A DNA stretch of 64,000 bases from a virus. Taxonomy: Duplodnaviria; Caudoviricetes. Of this stretch, positions 53,500 through 62,752 are shown piece by piece. The notes beneath the pieces were generated by a model. The model saw only the letters and a program-made list of their open reading frames with translations, was not told where the DNA came from and made no database searches. Position 1 is the first letter of the stretch; every line of letters starts with the position of its first letter. The translations under genes were made by a program, and so were the position numbers. Location of the stretch: the IMG/VR virus record IMGVR_UViG_3300042542_005523; one strand, written 5' to 3'.

Positions 53500-54481
53500 C
53501 AGATTGCTGGATTTTAATTTATTCATAAACGAGTCTTCTCCCAGTTTCAAAGGAGGCTCTTCTGCTTATAACATAAGTGAAAGATGGGACGGAGGCTATG
53601 ATATAAGAATGTGCGATTCCCTTCTAAACGGTGATCGAATGGACGAATCTTATATAAACATTGCTAAGAAAACTGAAAAGGCTGTTGCATTAGCTTATGT
53701 TAAGCCAGACGGTAAGCACTCCGAGTATTTATGGATTCCATCTTCAGCATGCTTCAAAAAGAAATACGTTTCTAGTTCTGGTGCTTATTATCCTGTTGAA
53801 ATACCATCTTATACTTACTGGTTCAAGGACGAAGCTAACAGAAGAAAATTAGAAAATTTCCTGAATGACTTTGTGGACTCGCAAGAATTAAAGAAGAGAA
53901 AGGGAATAGATGATATTTTGGAACAGGCCAAGGATGACCTAGATTTAATACTAGATCAGGTTGGTCTTAATGATGCTATTGCTTCCCTGGAAAGGGGAAG
54001 TTCAGATTACCAATTTGAGGGTATAACAGAGAATGGGATGAATGTTATAATAAACAAAAGATCCAAGGAGGATCTTGTTGGTGACTTTGAAATATATTCT
54101 TCCAAGAAAGAAACAAGACCTGCTATAAGATTCAGCTACACTAAGGGATCTAATCAGCCTTCCTTCATATTCAATATAGACGGTAAAAATTATCAAGCAA
54201 GTGCTAGGATAACAGAGGTTGAAAATAATCCATACCTAAGGTATCTGATACTAAGATCCCTTAATAAAGAGAAGCAAGCAGAGAAAGACGGTCTGCTTAA
54301 TTATTACATAGAGCTTCTAAAGTCACATGATTGGGACTATCAATATTCGGACGACTCCAGAACATACAAGGCTGGCCAGAAAGATATTAATCACATCAAT
54401 GAAGTTGGTGATCTTCTTAAGGAATTTATGCCCGAAAAAGAGGTGTCTGACATTTATTTGAACTTTTCAAATAAAAAATAA
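53486..54481 (+). CDS. Putative internal head protein with C-terminal HDWxY..SDD module
   Basis: LLDFNLFINES motif (start may be 53492); ELLKSHDWDYQYSDD..YKAG. Confidence 0.55.
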   Translation: MEMNNRLLDFNLFINESSPSFKGGSSAYNISERWDGGYDIRMCDSLLNGDRMDESYINIAKKTEKAVALAYVKPDGKHSEYLWIPSSACFKKKYVSSSGAYYPVEIPSYTYWFKDEANRRKLENFLNDFVDSQELKKRKGIDDILEQAKDDLDLILDQVGLNDAIASLERGSSDYQFEGITENGMNVIINKRSKEDLVGDFEIYSSKKETRPAIRFSYTKGSNQPSFIFNIDGKNYQASARITEVENNPYLRYLILRSLNKEKQAEKDGLLNYYIELLKSHDWDYQYSDDSRTYKAGQKDINHINEVGDLLKEFMPEKEVSDIYLNFSNKK

Positions 54482-54483
54482 AG

Positions 54484-54511
54484 GAAACTTATTCATTTTT
54501 ATCTCTAGAAT
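54484..54511 (+). promoter_or_regulatory. Middle-type promoter GAAACT-N16-TAGAAT
   Basis: Intergenic, before small ORF. Confidence 0.5.
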
Positions 54512-54517
54512 CTAATC

Positions 54518-54652
54518 ATGGAAAGAATAGATTCGATTGACCACGGCCAGATTTTAAAAATATCTAAGCCGAATGGCAACCATATCTACGGATTTGAAAG
54601 GTCTGATGATCAAATTATGACTAGAATTTACTTCTATAACATGGGAAACTAA
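54518..54652 (+). CDS. Small 44-aa protein missed by ORF track
   Basis: MERIDSIDHGQILKISKPNGNHIYGFERSDDQIMTRIYFYNMGN*; fills the gap and has its own promoter motif. Confidence 0.55.
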   Translation: MERIDSIDHGQILKISKPNGNHIYGFERSDDQIMTRIYFYNMGN

Positions 54653-54672
54653 GTGAATTTTTCGAATAAAAT
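54645..54672 (+). promoter_or_regulatory. Middle-type promoter GAAACT-N16-TAAAAT
   Basis: Upstream of ATG 54685. Confidence 0.5.
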
Positions 54673-54684
54673 AAAAAGAACTGG

Positions 54685-55338
54685 ATGTTCGAGAGAATTG
54701 CAAATATTTTTAAAATAAAAAAAAGAAATATGTCTGATAACGGAGAAGAAATCAGTGTTGAGATTTTAACCAATAGATACACTAATCACGATTTTCAATG
54801 GATCAAGGGGGAAAATTTAATGAATGTTGTCTCATTCGATGTTGTTACACAGCAGGATGATCAATTTTATATACACTTTAAAGGTGGTTCTAGAATCAAC
54901 TACAATATTCTCGAGGAATATATGACGTGGTATCCGGCTCAAAGAGTTGAGCCCCGTCCCGCACCTACACCAGCCCCGCAGTCACATGCATCTGTTTCAT
55001 CTATAAAATTTGGCGATACCGGAACTGCTGTAAATGAAGCTTCACAATCTCCGATATATAATTTGTTAGCTAGACAAAAAAAGAAACCGGTTGAAATAGA
55101 GTTTAAGATTAAAGTGCCTCTGCCATCCAAAGATCTTTTTAATGTTCTAACCAGTTCCTTTGATGATGCTGAGAATGAAATTGTACAATTTATCATAGAT
55201 AGCATAGACATCGATGATATTAGAAACACTCTTTCGAAATCAATAAGAGAAAATTATTACGGCTCAGCAAATAGCAAACCAGCCGTACAAAAGGAAACTG
55301 TAAAAAATAAAAAGATAAGAGAAGAAAATGAAGAATGA
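54685..55338 (+). CDS. Hypothetical protein
   Basis: 217-aa ORF; start may be 54730. Confidence 0.7.
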   Translation: MFERIANIFKIKKRNMSDNGEEISVEILTNRYTNHDFQWIKGENLMNVVSFDVVTQQDDQFYIHFKGGSRINYNILEEYMTWYPAQRVEPRPAPTPAPQSHASVSSIKFGDTGTAVNEASQSPIYNLLARQKKKPVEIEFKIKVPLPSKDLFNVLTSSFDDAENEIVQFIIDSIDIDDIRNTLSKSIRENYYGSANSKPAVQKETVKNKKIREENEE

Positions 55339-55912
55339 TGACAAAGTATTGTTTTCATCAGAATATTTAAATCTGATAGAAAGAGACGGTAAAGTAGGAA
55401 TAGTTCCTAACTTCTCCAATGTTGTTATTCTCCCCTATATCGCTGATAAAGAGGGACTTCCCCTACTTATTGGTGTTTTGAAGGAGTATAATGTTTTTAG
55501 GGAAGGTGGATATTCAATCTCTCCTATCACCGGATCCAGCGATGACGAGGATCCTAACTTTTTAGAAACAGCTAAAAGAGAGCTGCACGAGGAATCCGGG
55601 TATATGGTGAGCGATAATGATAGATGGTATTTTCTAGGAAATGCAATATCGTCTAAGTTTGTTGATCACGAACAGCCTTGTTTTGCTGTTGATGTTAGCG
55701 ATTTGCAAAGAGAGGAACCCACTACAGACGGAAGTGAGCAAGAAGCTCTTTCTAAATTTGTCTTCATACCAGCTAATGACGTTGTTAAATGCAAGGACGT
55801 TTTCATTCCAGCTTTATTTTTAAAGCTTTTTAAATTTGTATTAGGAAAAGATCTACACAATCCTGATTCGGAGGACCTTTTTAAACCAAAGGGATTTAAT
55901 ATCACTTTATAA
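55328..55912 (+). CDS. Nudix hydrolase
   Basis: Nudix box GSSDDEDPNFLETAKRELHEESG. Confidence 0.8.
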   Translation: MKNDDKVLFSSEYLNLIERDGKVGIVPNFSNVVILPYIADKEGLPLLIGVLKEYNVFREGGYSISPITGSSDDEDPNFLETAKRELHEESGYMVSDNDRWYFLGNAISSKFVDHEQPCFAVDVSDLQREEPTTDGSEQEALSKFVFIPANDVVKCKDVFIPALFLKLFKFVLGKDLHNPDSEDLFKPKGFNITL

Positions 55913-55919
55913 TTTTTTT

Positions 55920-56195
55920 ATGAGTCAAAATAGAAGAGAAAGAAGGAGATTACAGAGGGAACTTAAAAAAGTTGACCCTACAAATTCTTTAAATGAAATC
56001 GTTACATCTGAGATGGGAGCGGAGATACGTAGAAGATATCTGCAAAAATTAAAGAATGAGCAGGTAGAGACTCAAGAAGTAAGTGATTCTGAGTATACAC
56101 CATCCTCATTGAACCTAGCTCCCCCCGAGGCAACATATGGTTCTTTTAAGAATCTTGTTATAAAAAGAGATTGGGATTCTGTCTCTGAGGATTAA
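55920..56195 (+). CDS. Small hypothetical protein
   Basis: 91-aa ORF with basic N-terminus NRRERRR. Confidence 0.65.
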   Translation: MSQNRRERRRLQRELKKVDPTNSLNEIVTSEMGAEIRRRYLQKLKNEQVETQEVSDSEYTPSSLNLAPPEATYGSFKNLVIKRDWDSVSED

Positions 56196-56213
56196 TTTAC
56201 CGTCTATTCTTGG

Positions 56214-56271
56214 AGGAATATATATTAGGGTGATATGCTAAAGATACCACCCCTAAATTAACTATATTCCT
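56214..56271 (+). promoter_or_regulatory. Long leader hairpin containing late-like promoter AATATATAT and abutting ATG 56273
   Basis: AGGAATATA/TATATTCCT outer stem; TTAGGG/CCCTAA inner stem. Confidence 0.6.
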
Positions 56272-56272
56272 A

Positions 56273-58123
56273 ATGGGTTATTATTACATAGTAAATGGAG
56301 TTGACGTTGGTCAATCTAATGTTCTCGATTCGAATACTCCCTCCGTTCTTTACGATGAGAGAATTCTTCAGCTTAATGCTCAAAATACGATACAGAGAGC
56401 TAGTAATCTAGGCTCCGATAATCCTTATAAAGGTCCTGCTCCAAGAACTCTTTTCTATGATGCTGGCTTTAGAAGACCCGGTAAGTATGGGCAGTTTCTT
56501 ATGTATGCATTCGGGAATGGTGAGAATGATTTCATGGAGTCTTATTACAGCTCAGAGAATGCAACATACAATTCAAAGATATCCTCTATACAATCTAAGA
56601 ACCCCTCTGCTGCTTTTCTAGTTAGCAGCAGCGCATCTTTAGAAGCATCCTCACTGAGTAATACTTTGAATAGTTACCTTTCTAATAATCTTGGAGGCTC
56701 TATAGTAGGAGGGCTTGCTGCCCCGTATAATTGGAAGGATTTCCTCTATTGTAAATATTACGGAACTATACCCAATAACTACATGGTCACTCTAAGAAGA
56801 TTCCCAACCCCAATGAGGGATAATTTAAGTATACCGTCGTCTGTAGCAGATTCCGATTCAACTAGAAGGGAGGGAGCAGGAAGACCAGTAGCTCAAGCAG
56901 TTACATGGTTAGGAGACGATACTGGTAACAAGCTGAGCACCCTAATAGGATTTACAACAGGATTGGAGTGGCTTTCGAAGCCACAAAGTGGGTCGATAAC
57001 ACAGGAAGCTTTTGATAAGGGCCTTTTCAATTCGCTGCCTTATTCAATACCAGATATTGCCAAACTCCTTGGAGATGCTGCACCAACGGATGCAGATAGC
57101 TTACAGAAGCTATTTAACTTGGTTGCATCAGTAGCCGATCCTAACCAAATAGCACAAAGGGGAGGTTTAGCTTCTGTTTTGAGGGATAAAGCTGTAAATG
57201 AGCAAGATGGCGCTCTATCAGATTTTATATGGACCAGTGTAGATACCGTAAGTAATACGTATATAAGAGACAGGGGATTGAGTTTCACAAACACTGGTAT
57301 GTCCCTTGCCTTCCATTATGACCTGACTTCTATAGGAGAGGTTAACACAAAAGCAGCTATGCTTGATCTTATGGGGAGCTTACTTGGACTGGGCACTAAT
57401 TATGGTAACTTTTTAACACCCACTATAAGATACAACAGCGAATTTTATCCAGTAGGATTCCCAGGTGGAAATGCAGGACTTGCTAGTTTTTATAGGGACC
57501 CTATCAATTTTATAAAAAACCACTCAACTGATATAAATGAACTTTTGACAGGTGATCAAGCAGGAGCAGCTTCTGAAGCAGCCGGCAAAATAAAGGAAAC
57601 GATAGGCGCAAATGGTACAAATGATCTTGCCAATGTAATAACAGGTGGAACATCACCCGCTGTTGAAAGAGCGATTAGCATAGCTTTGCAAGAGAAATTT
57701 ATAGAAAAGGTTCAATTACCTCTTTCTTTTTTAACGGGTGCACCAATCGGGGAATGGCATCTTGTAGTTGGCAACCCGTGTAACCCGATAGCGATGATAG
57801 GGAATCTTATTTGTGAATCTGTTCAGATTGAGTTTTCTGAAAGATTAGGTCCCGACGATTTCCCAGCTGAATTGAAAGCTACGTATACATTAAAACACGG
57901 AAGAGATAGGGAAAGAGGTGAGATTGAATCTATGTTTAATAGAGGTGATGGTAGATTATATCAGTCGTCACTACAGACTTATGCAAATGGACAATCCGAT
58001 GGAGCATTTTCAGATACTCAGGGTAATAGAATTAATCAGAATTATGCACAGAAAATTACATCTGGAGTTCTTCCTTACACTCAAAGCGACGCAGACTCGC
58101 AAGGTCCCATAACGAATCCTTAA
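56273..58123 (+). CDS. Baseplate/tail-tube-associated protein (gp48/54-like)
   Basis: Start of baseplate block; WHLVVGNPCNPIAMIGNLIC..GPDDFPAELKATYTLKHG. Confidence 0.45.
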   Translation: MGYYYIVNGVDVGQSNVLDSNTPSVLYDERILQLNAQNTIQRASNLGSDNPYKGPAPRTLFYDAGFRRPGKYGQFLMYAFGNGENDFMESYYSSENATYNSKISSIQSKNPSAAFLVSSSASLEASSLSNTLNSYLSNNLGGSIVGGLAAPYNWKDFLYCKYYGTIPNNYMVTLRRFPTPMRDNLSIPSSVADSDSTRREGAGRPVAQAVTWLGDDTGNKLSTLIGFTTGLEWLSKPQSGSITQEAFDKGLFNSLPYSIPDIAKLLGDAAPTDADSLQKLFNLVASVADPNQIAQRGGLASVLRDKAVNEQDGALSDFIWTSVDTVSNTYIRDRGLSFTNTGMSLAFHYDLTSIGEVNTKAAMLDLMGSLLGLGTNYGNFLTPTIRYNSEFYPVGFPGGNAGLASFYRDPINFIKNHSTDINELLTGDQAGAASEAAGKIKETIGANGTNDLANVITGGTSPAVERAISIALQEKFIEKVQLPLSFLTGAPIGEWHLVVGNPCNPIAMIGNLICESVQIEFSERLGPDDFPAELKATYTLKHGRDRERGEIESMFNRGDGRLYQSSLQTYANGQSDGAFSDTQGNRINQNYAQKITSGVLPYTQSDADSQGPITNP

Positions 58124-58140
58124 AATATTTTCACTTTAGC

Positions 58141-58737
58141 ATGGCACTATCAATAGATACTCTTTATAGAAATAAGAACGTTTTTAATCCCAATAAGGAC
58201 CAGATGAATGCAAATCTTGGTATATGGGATCTTACTAAATCATCACTTAACTATTTGAATGTAAACGTTCAGATAAATTCTATTTATATGCTTAGTGATG
58301 ATGACACGATGAGGCCTGATATAATAGCAGCAGCAAAATACGGGGACCAGTCTTTAATGGGGTCTCTTTGTAAATTTAATAGCATAGCGAATCCATTTGC
58401 GATAGGATCTGGCCAATTCTTATATTTACCTAAGGTATCAACATTTGAGAATGCATTTGATGTAAAAAAGAATCTAGAAAAAGGGGGGAATACAAACTCT
58501 AGTCCTTCGGATGCATTTAGAAAAAGTCAGGAACAAAAGATAGTAAAGGCAAGTGAGGGTAGGAAAAAATTTGTGGAATCCAAGATAAAAAAACAGCCAG
58601 CACAGATACTACCGCCAAACGTGTCGCAAGCCGGTGAAAGGCCAACGGTAAGAAAGAATGGAATTATAGTATTTGGCCCAGATGCGGGTGGTGGTGGAGT
58701 TAACGGTGTTAATAATTCTAACGGTAATCAGCAATAA
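58141..58737 (+). CDS. Baseplate wedge protein (gp53/LysM-like)
   Basis: MRPDIIAAAKYGD..LCKFNSIANPF..GQFLYLP. Confidence 0.6.
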   Translation: MALSIDTLYRNKNVFNPNKDQMNANLGIWDLTKSSLNYLNVNVQINSIYMLSDDDTMRPDIIAAAKYGDQSLMGSLCKFNSIANPFAIGSGQFLYLPKVSTFENAFDVKKNLEKGGNTNSSPSDAFRKSQEQKIVKASEGRKKFVESKIKKQPAQILPPNVSQAGERPTVRKNGIIVFGPDAGGGGVNGVNNSNGNQQ

Positions 58738-58745
58738 ATTTTTAA

Positions 58746-60299
58746 ATGGCTACAATATCTAAAGACCAAATTCAAATAGCAACAGTAGCTAGTAACTCCA
58801 TTAAGCTCGATCAAATAGGGGATCTAGCTAAAACTGCCGAGGGTCAGGGCGAGTTAGAGAAGGATCTAGCCGCTGATAATAGCGACGCTACGCTGGGAAG
58901 TAAGACCCCACTTGTCGTTATTAATGGATATTACGTTACCAAGTATCTTCGGTATTTTAACTTAGATATGAATGGGTTTATGCCCGTTATTAGGCTCAGC
59001 TTCACTGCTATGGAAACTTCATTCCTTTCAGTCAGCTACCCTAAAGATGGCGACATAGTATCCGTTTATATCAGATCGCTGGAGGACGTCTATAAGCCCA
59101 TCAGGATGGATTTTAATATACTTACGGTAGATGCAGAATTGACCTCCAAATTAGCTGATAAAGGAATCGATTCGGATGGACTAGGTCAGAATCTGAAGTT
59201 TAATATCCTTGCAGAATGCAGGGTTCCTGGCATTTATACAAACAGAAGTAAATCTTTTGGTGCTTCGACGTCTTACGATACCCTTTTTCAGGTTGCTCAG
59301 GATCTAGATCTTGGATTTTCTACTAATGATTCGAATCTAAACGATACAATGAACTGGCTTTGCCCAAATTATTCCTATTTCGATTTCGTAAAAGATGTAA
59401 CTAGAGATTCGTATAAAGATGACAATAGCTTCTATATGTCTTTTATAGACTGCTATTATAATCTTAATTTTGTAAATATGGGCAGCCAATTTTTATATAG
59501 CGGTGACCCTGAAGTTGTCGCAATGGTTACATTGGGTCCTGCTAGTGTTACGCCCGATGCTGTGATACCTAGTGCTGCTAACCCCTCACTTAAACAGACG
59601 CCACTTGTTATTAGCAACTCTTGGAAGGCCGGATCTGTACCTTTTGCTTTATCCGGATTCATATTAGTTTCGGGTGCAGGCCAGAAATCAAATAAGACCG
59701 GGTATTTCACAAGAATAACTTATTATGACGAGAATAACCAAACCAGTAATGCAGAGGATAAGATTGTTGGGTATGATATAGAATCAGGAACACCCGATAG
59801 CATAGGGGCCAATACAGTTTTACAAAAAGGTAGAGCTACTGAAGATTTGTATAAAAATGAGAGAAGAATAGAATGGCTGGGCGTTGTGAATGAATATAGT
59901 GAGGATAATCCTGGTACCCATCCCAACTATTTCCACGCTAGATACCAGAATTTAATGAATATAGAAGATGCCACAAAGCTTTTGTTTAAAGTTGAGATGG
60001 TCACCTATTTTGCGGGTATTTATAGAGGACAGGTACTGCCAGTTCAGATGTACGTCTATGGTGCACAAGATAAAAGAAAGGATAACACCGGTACGGTAGA
60101 GAATTACAAGTCAGGTAACTCAGATCAGCCAGTTCTTGATAACTTTCTCTCTGGTAATTATGTGGTTGTTGGTATGGATGTTACTTATGATAGTGCTAGA
60201 GGGATGAGGCAGGTGCTCACTTTAGCTAAGAGACAATGGGATATTAACACATCGGGTATTCTTCAAAAATACTCTCCGTTTCCTCTTGTGGATGTTTAA
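58746..60299 (+). CDS. Baseplate hub protein (gp27-like)
   Basis: SYDTLFQVAQDLDLGF, W.CPN, FIDCYYNLNF, FLSGNYVV; position in baseplate block. Confidence 0.45.
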   Translation: MATISKDQIQIATVASNSIKLDQIGDLAKTAEGQGELEKDLAADNSDATLGSKTPLVVINGYYVTKYLRYFNLDMNGFMPVIRLSFTAMETSFLSVSYPKDGDIVSVYIRSLEDVYKPIRMDFNILTVDAELTSKLADKGIDSDGLGQNLKFNILAECRVPGIYTNRSKSFGASTSYDTLFQVAQDLDLGFSTNDSNLNDTMNWLCPNYSYFDFVKDVTRDSYKDDNSFYMSFIDCYYNLNFVNMGSQFLYSGDPEVVAMVTLGPASVTPDAVIPSAANPSLKQTPLVISNSWKAGSVPFALSGFILVSGAGQKSNKTGYFTRITYYDENNQTSNAEDKIVGYDIESGTPDSIGANTVLQKGRATEDLYKNERRIEWLGVVNEYSEDNPGTHPNYFHARYQNLMNIEDATKLLFKVEMVTYFAGIYRGQVLPVQMYVYGAQDKRKDNTGTVENYKSGNSDQPVLDNFLSGNYVVVGMDVTYDSARGMRQVLTLAKRQWDINTSGILQKYSPFPLVDV

Positions 60300-60310
60300 T
60301 AGCACTGGTC

Positions 60311-60319
60311 GATAAATAT
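60311..60319 (+). promoter_or_regulatory. Late-type promoter GATAAATAT
   Basis: Upstream of ATG 60336. Confidence 0.55.
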
Positions 60320-60335
60320 AGAAAAAATTAATTAA

Positions 60336-62750
60336 ATGGCTTGGCCGGGAACAACAGATCAACTCAGGAGTTTATTTCTAAAAGGATTTAAGCTATCAGA
60401 ACAGGGCAAATTCGAAGACCCTACATACCTTGGGTTTAAGGTTGTGATAGACTTCGGAAATCTTCCTATCGATGCCGAGTTTGGTCAACCGCCTAGTCCT
60501 CTTTTTAGAAAGGATAATTATTCATTCCAATCCGGTAATAGCGGATTTTTCAGTTCAAACCCATTCGGGCAGCCAGCTTACTCCGTTAAAGGAAGTCAGA
60601 ATGTGTCCTTTTACTCCGCACAGGGTTATCTGAGGCAAAGAGAAAGCCAATTCTTCAACGGGTCTGGTGGTAAAAGAGCTGATATATTGAATCAATTTTC
60701 AGTTTCTCTTAAGGATCTACTGGACAATTATCCCTGGTTCCTGCAATCTATAGATGGATTAGACGCTTTAGTTAAAGTGGCTAGAACTGGATACATCGGT
60801 GGTGCAGAAGCCGGATTTAACCCATCAAGAACCTCCGGTAAACCGCTAGTATTCACTTGTCTCGAGTCTTTAAATCAGAGAATGACAGCTCTGGGAGAAA
60901 TGTATAAACAAGCAACATTCGATGCTGATCACATGAGAGAAACCGTTCCTAGAAACTTGAGAAGATTCAAGATGTACATATTTGTTACGGAGATAAGAAA
61001 TTTCTTTAAAACATCTAGACTTATTGCATCTTCTGCAGCTTTAACTACGATAAGCAACCTATCCAGCCTGGTAGGTAATAACAACAATCCTGGGTCTACA
61101 AATTCGGCTGATACCGCTAATTCTTTTAATCAGTCCTATGGATCTGATCCCTCTCAGACCCCCGGTGCTTTTAGCGGATTGCTTGGCAATGTTATAGATA
61201 ATTCTGGTCTTGATGGCGAACTTAGCTTATTTAGAAATCAGAGTGATCAAACGGGGATAAAACCTATGTTGATAATGGAGTGCAGTAATTGCGAGTTTGA
61301 TTTTGATGATTCCACCTCTGTGCCTACAACAATAGATGCTGGGTCTGAGTCTGCTAGACCTATCGGGTATTCTTTCAAAGTACACGTCGGAAGGGTAAGA
61401 ACCAAGTATCAATTTCCGAATATTAGAAGTGATCAAAACCCTCTTGTACTATCGGACGGATGGGATCAATCAAAGAGTTCTGTTATGCAGGATCCAACAA
61501 CAACAGGTGGGGCTTTAGGTATAGCAGGAGAGCTTTTAACTAACTTTCTGAGCAACACAGTAGATGATTTTATAAACGAAGGTGTTGCAGAGTACCTAAA
61601 TCCAGCTCTTTCCGGACTGGATCAGACTCTATTGGGTAATATTTACTCCCTGAATCCATCACAGATTCTTAGCGATCTGAGTTATAACTCTGCCCAAAAT
61701 TTCTTAGATCAGGTTACTAATTCAGAACTTAGTCTAAGAAATCTGGATCGACCTTTACCGAACCCTCAGACAACTGGATTCGGTGGACCTCCCGATAGAG
61801 TATATGGTCCTCCCTCTAACTCAGGTGAAGGTGACGTTTACAGAAGGGTTCCTGGACAGGATCTTGGCGTCAGCACTAACGAGACAATTAGCAGGGTGTA
61901 TCCGACTGAGGTAGGCGGGCAAAGCGATGTTTATCGTAATGTACCAGGAAGAGATCTTGGTGTACCAGATAGGGTTTATCCAGATGCAACTAGAGGATCT
62001 GATTCATACAACAACGTTCCTGGACCTGATTTAGGAGTACCTGATAGGGTTTATCCCGTAGTGGACAGCGACGTTTATGATAAAGTACCAGGCGAGGATT
62101 TAGGTGGTCCTGATAGGGTATACCCACCTTCGGATGGCGACTTCTATCCTGATGTACCCGGAAAAGATTTAGGTGGTCCTGGTAGAGTCTATCCGCCAGC
62201 TGAGGGTGATGCATATAATAGAGTACCTGGTGAGGATTTGGGTGTTCCTGGACGTCTATATAGTCCATCGTTAAGGGATGATGTTTATTCTGATGTTCCG
62301 GGAGCTGATTTAGGTGTTCCGGATAGGCTATATCCTCCTTTTAGGGAGGAAGTTTATCCACCAAACTTGGGGACAAGAGAATCGGATATCAATGAAAAAG
62401 TATATCCACCTAATGTTCCGAATGCTAATAGTGATTTAGGATCCTATGACGTTTATCCACCAGTTCCACCTGCGACAAATGCACCAAATTCAATTGGAGA
62501 TGTTTATCCTCCGGTACCACCTGCGACAAATTCACCAAATTCAATTGGTGATGTTTATTCTGGTATCGGTAATTTACAGGCACCTAATGATAATGCGATA
62601 GGTAGGGTTTATCCTAAAACTGTAGAGGATTTTGTTTTGGAGAAAATTATATCACAGAAGGATCTAACTCTAGGAAACTTGAAGCCTGTTGATAAGTATA
62701 ATATAAGCTTAGGTGACTTTAATTCACCAGAGTCTGATTTTGAAATGTAA
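60336..62750 (+). CDS. Baseplate/tube-initiator-like protein with Pro-rich repeat tail
   Basis: N-terminal EDPTYLGFKVVIDF, PWFLQSIDG, PRNLRRFKMYIFV; C-terminal VPGxDLG repeats. Confidence 0.5.
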   Translation: MAWPGTTDQLRSLFLKGFKLSEQGKFEDPTYLGFKVVIDFGNLPIDAEFGQPPSPLFRKDNYSFQSGNSGFFSSNPFGQPAYSVKGSQNVSFYSAQGYLRQRESQFFNGSGGKRADILNQFSVSLKDLLDNYPWFLQSIDGLDALVKVARTGYIGGAEAGFNPSRTSGKPLVFTCLESLNQRMTALGEMYKQATFDADHMRETVPRNLRRFKMYIFVTEIRNFFKTSRLIASSAALTTISNLSSLVGNNNNPGSTNSADTANSFNQSYGSDPSQTPGAFSGLLGNVIDNSGLDGELSLFRNQSDQTGIKPMLIMECSNCEFDFDDSTSVPTTIDAGSESARPIGYSFKVHVGRVRTKYQFPNIRSDQNPLVLSDGWDQSKSSVMQDPTTTGGALGIAGELLTNFLSNTVDDFINEGVAEYLNPALSGLDQTLLGNIYSLNPSQILSDLSYNSAQNFLDQVTNSELSLRNLDRPLPNPQTTGFGGPPDRVYGPPSNSGEGDVYRRVPGQDLGVSTNETISRVYPTEVGGQSDVYRNVPGRDLGVPDRVYPDATRGSDSYNNVPGPDLGVPDRVYPVVDSDVYDKVPGEDLGGPDRVYPPSDGDFYPDVPGKDLGGPGRVYPPAEGDAYNRVPGEDLGVPGRLYSPSLRDDVYSDVPGADLGVPDRLYPPFREEVYPPNLGTRESDINEKVYPPNVPNANSDLGSYDVYPPVPPATNAPNSIGDVYPPVPPATNSPNSIGDVYSGIGNLQAPNDNAIGRVYPKTVEDFVLEKIISQKDLTLGNLKPVDKYNISLGDFNSPESDFEM
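61782..62615 (+). repeat. Coding repeats: 7x D(V/A/F/S)Y..VPGxDLG.P.R(V/L)YP, then 51-bp tandem repeat DVYPPVPPATNxPNSIG
   Basis: Protein repeats read directly; nucleotide period 51 at 62448, 62499, 62550. Confidence 0.85.
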
Positions 62751-62752
62751 CT

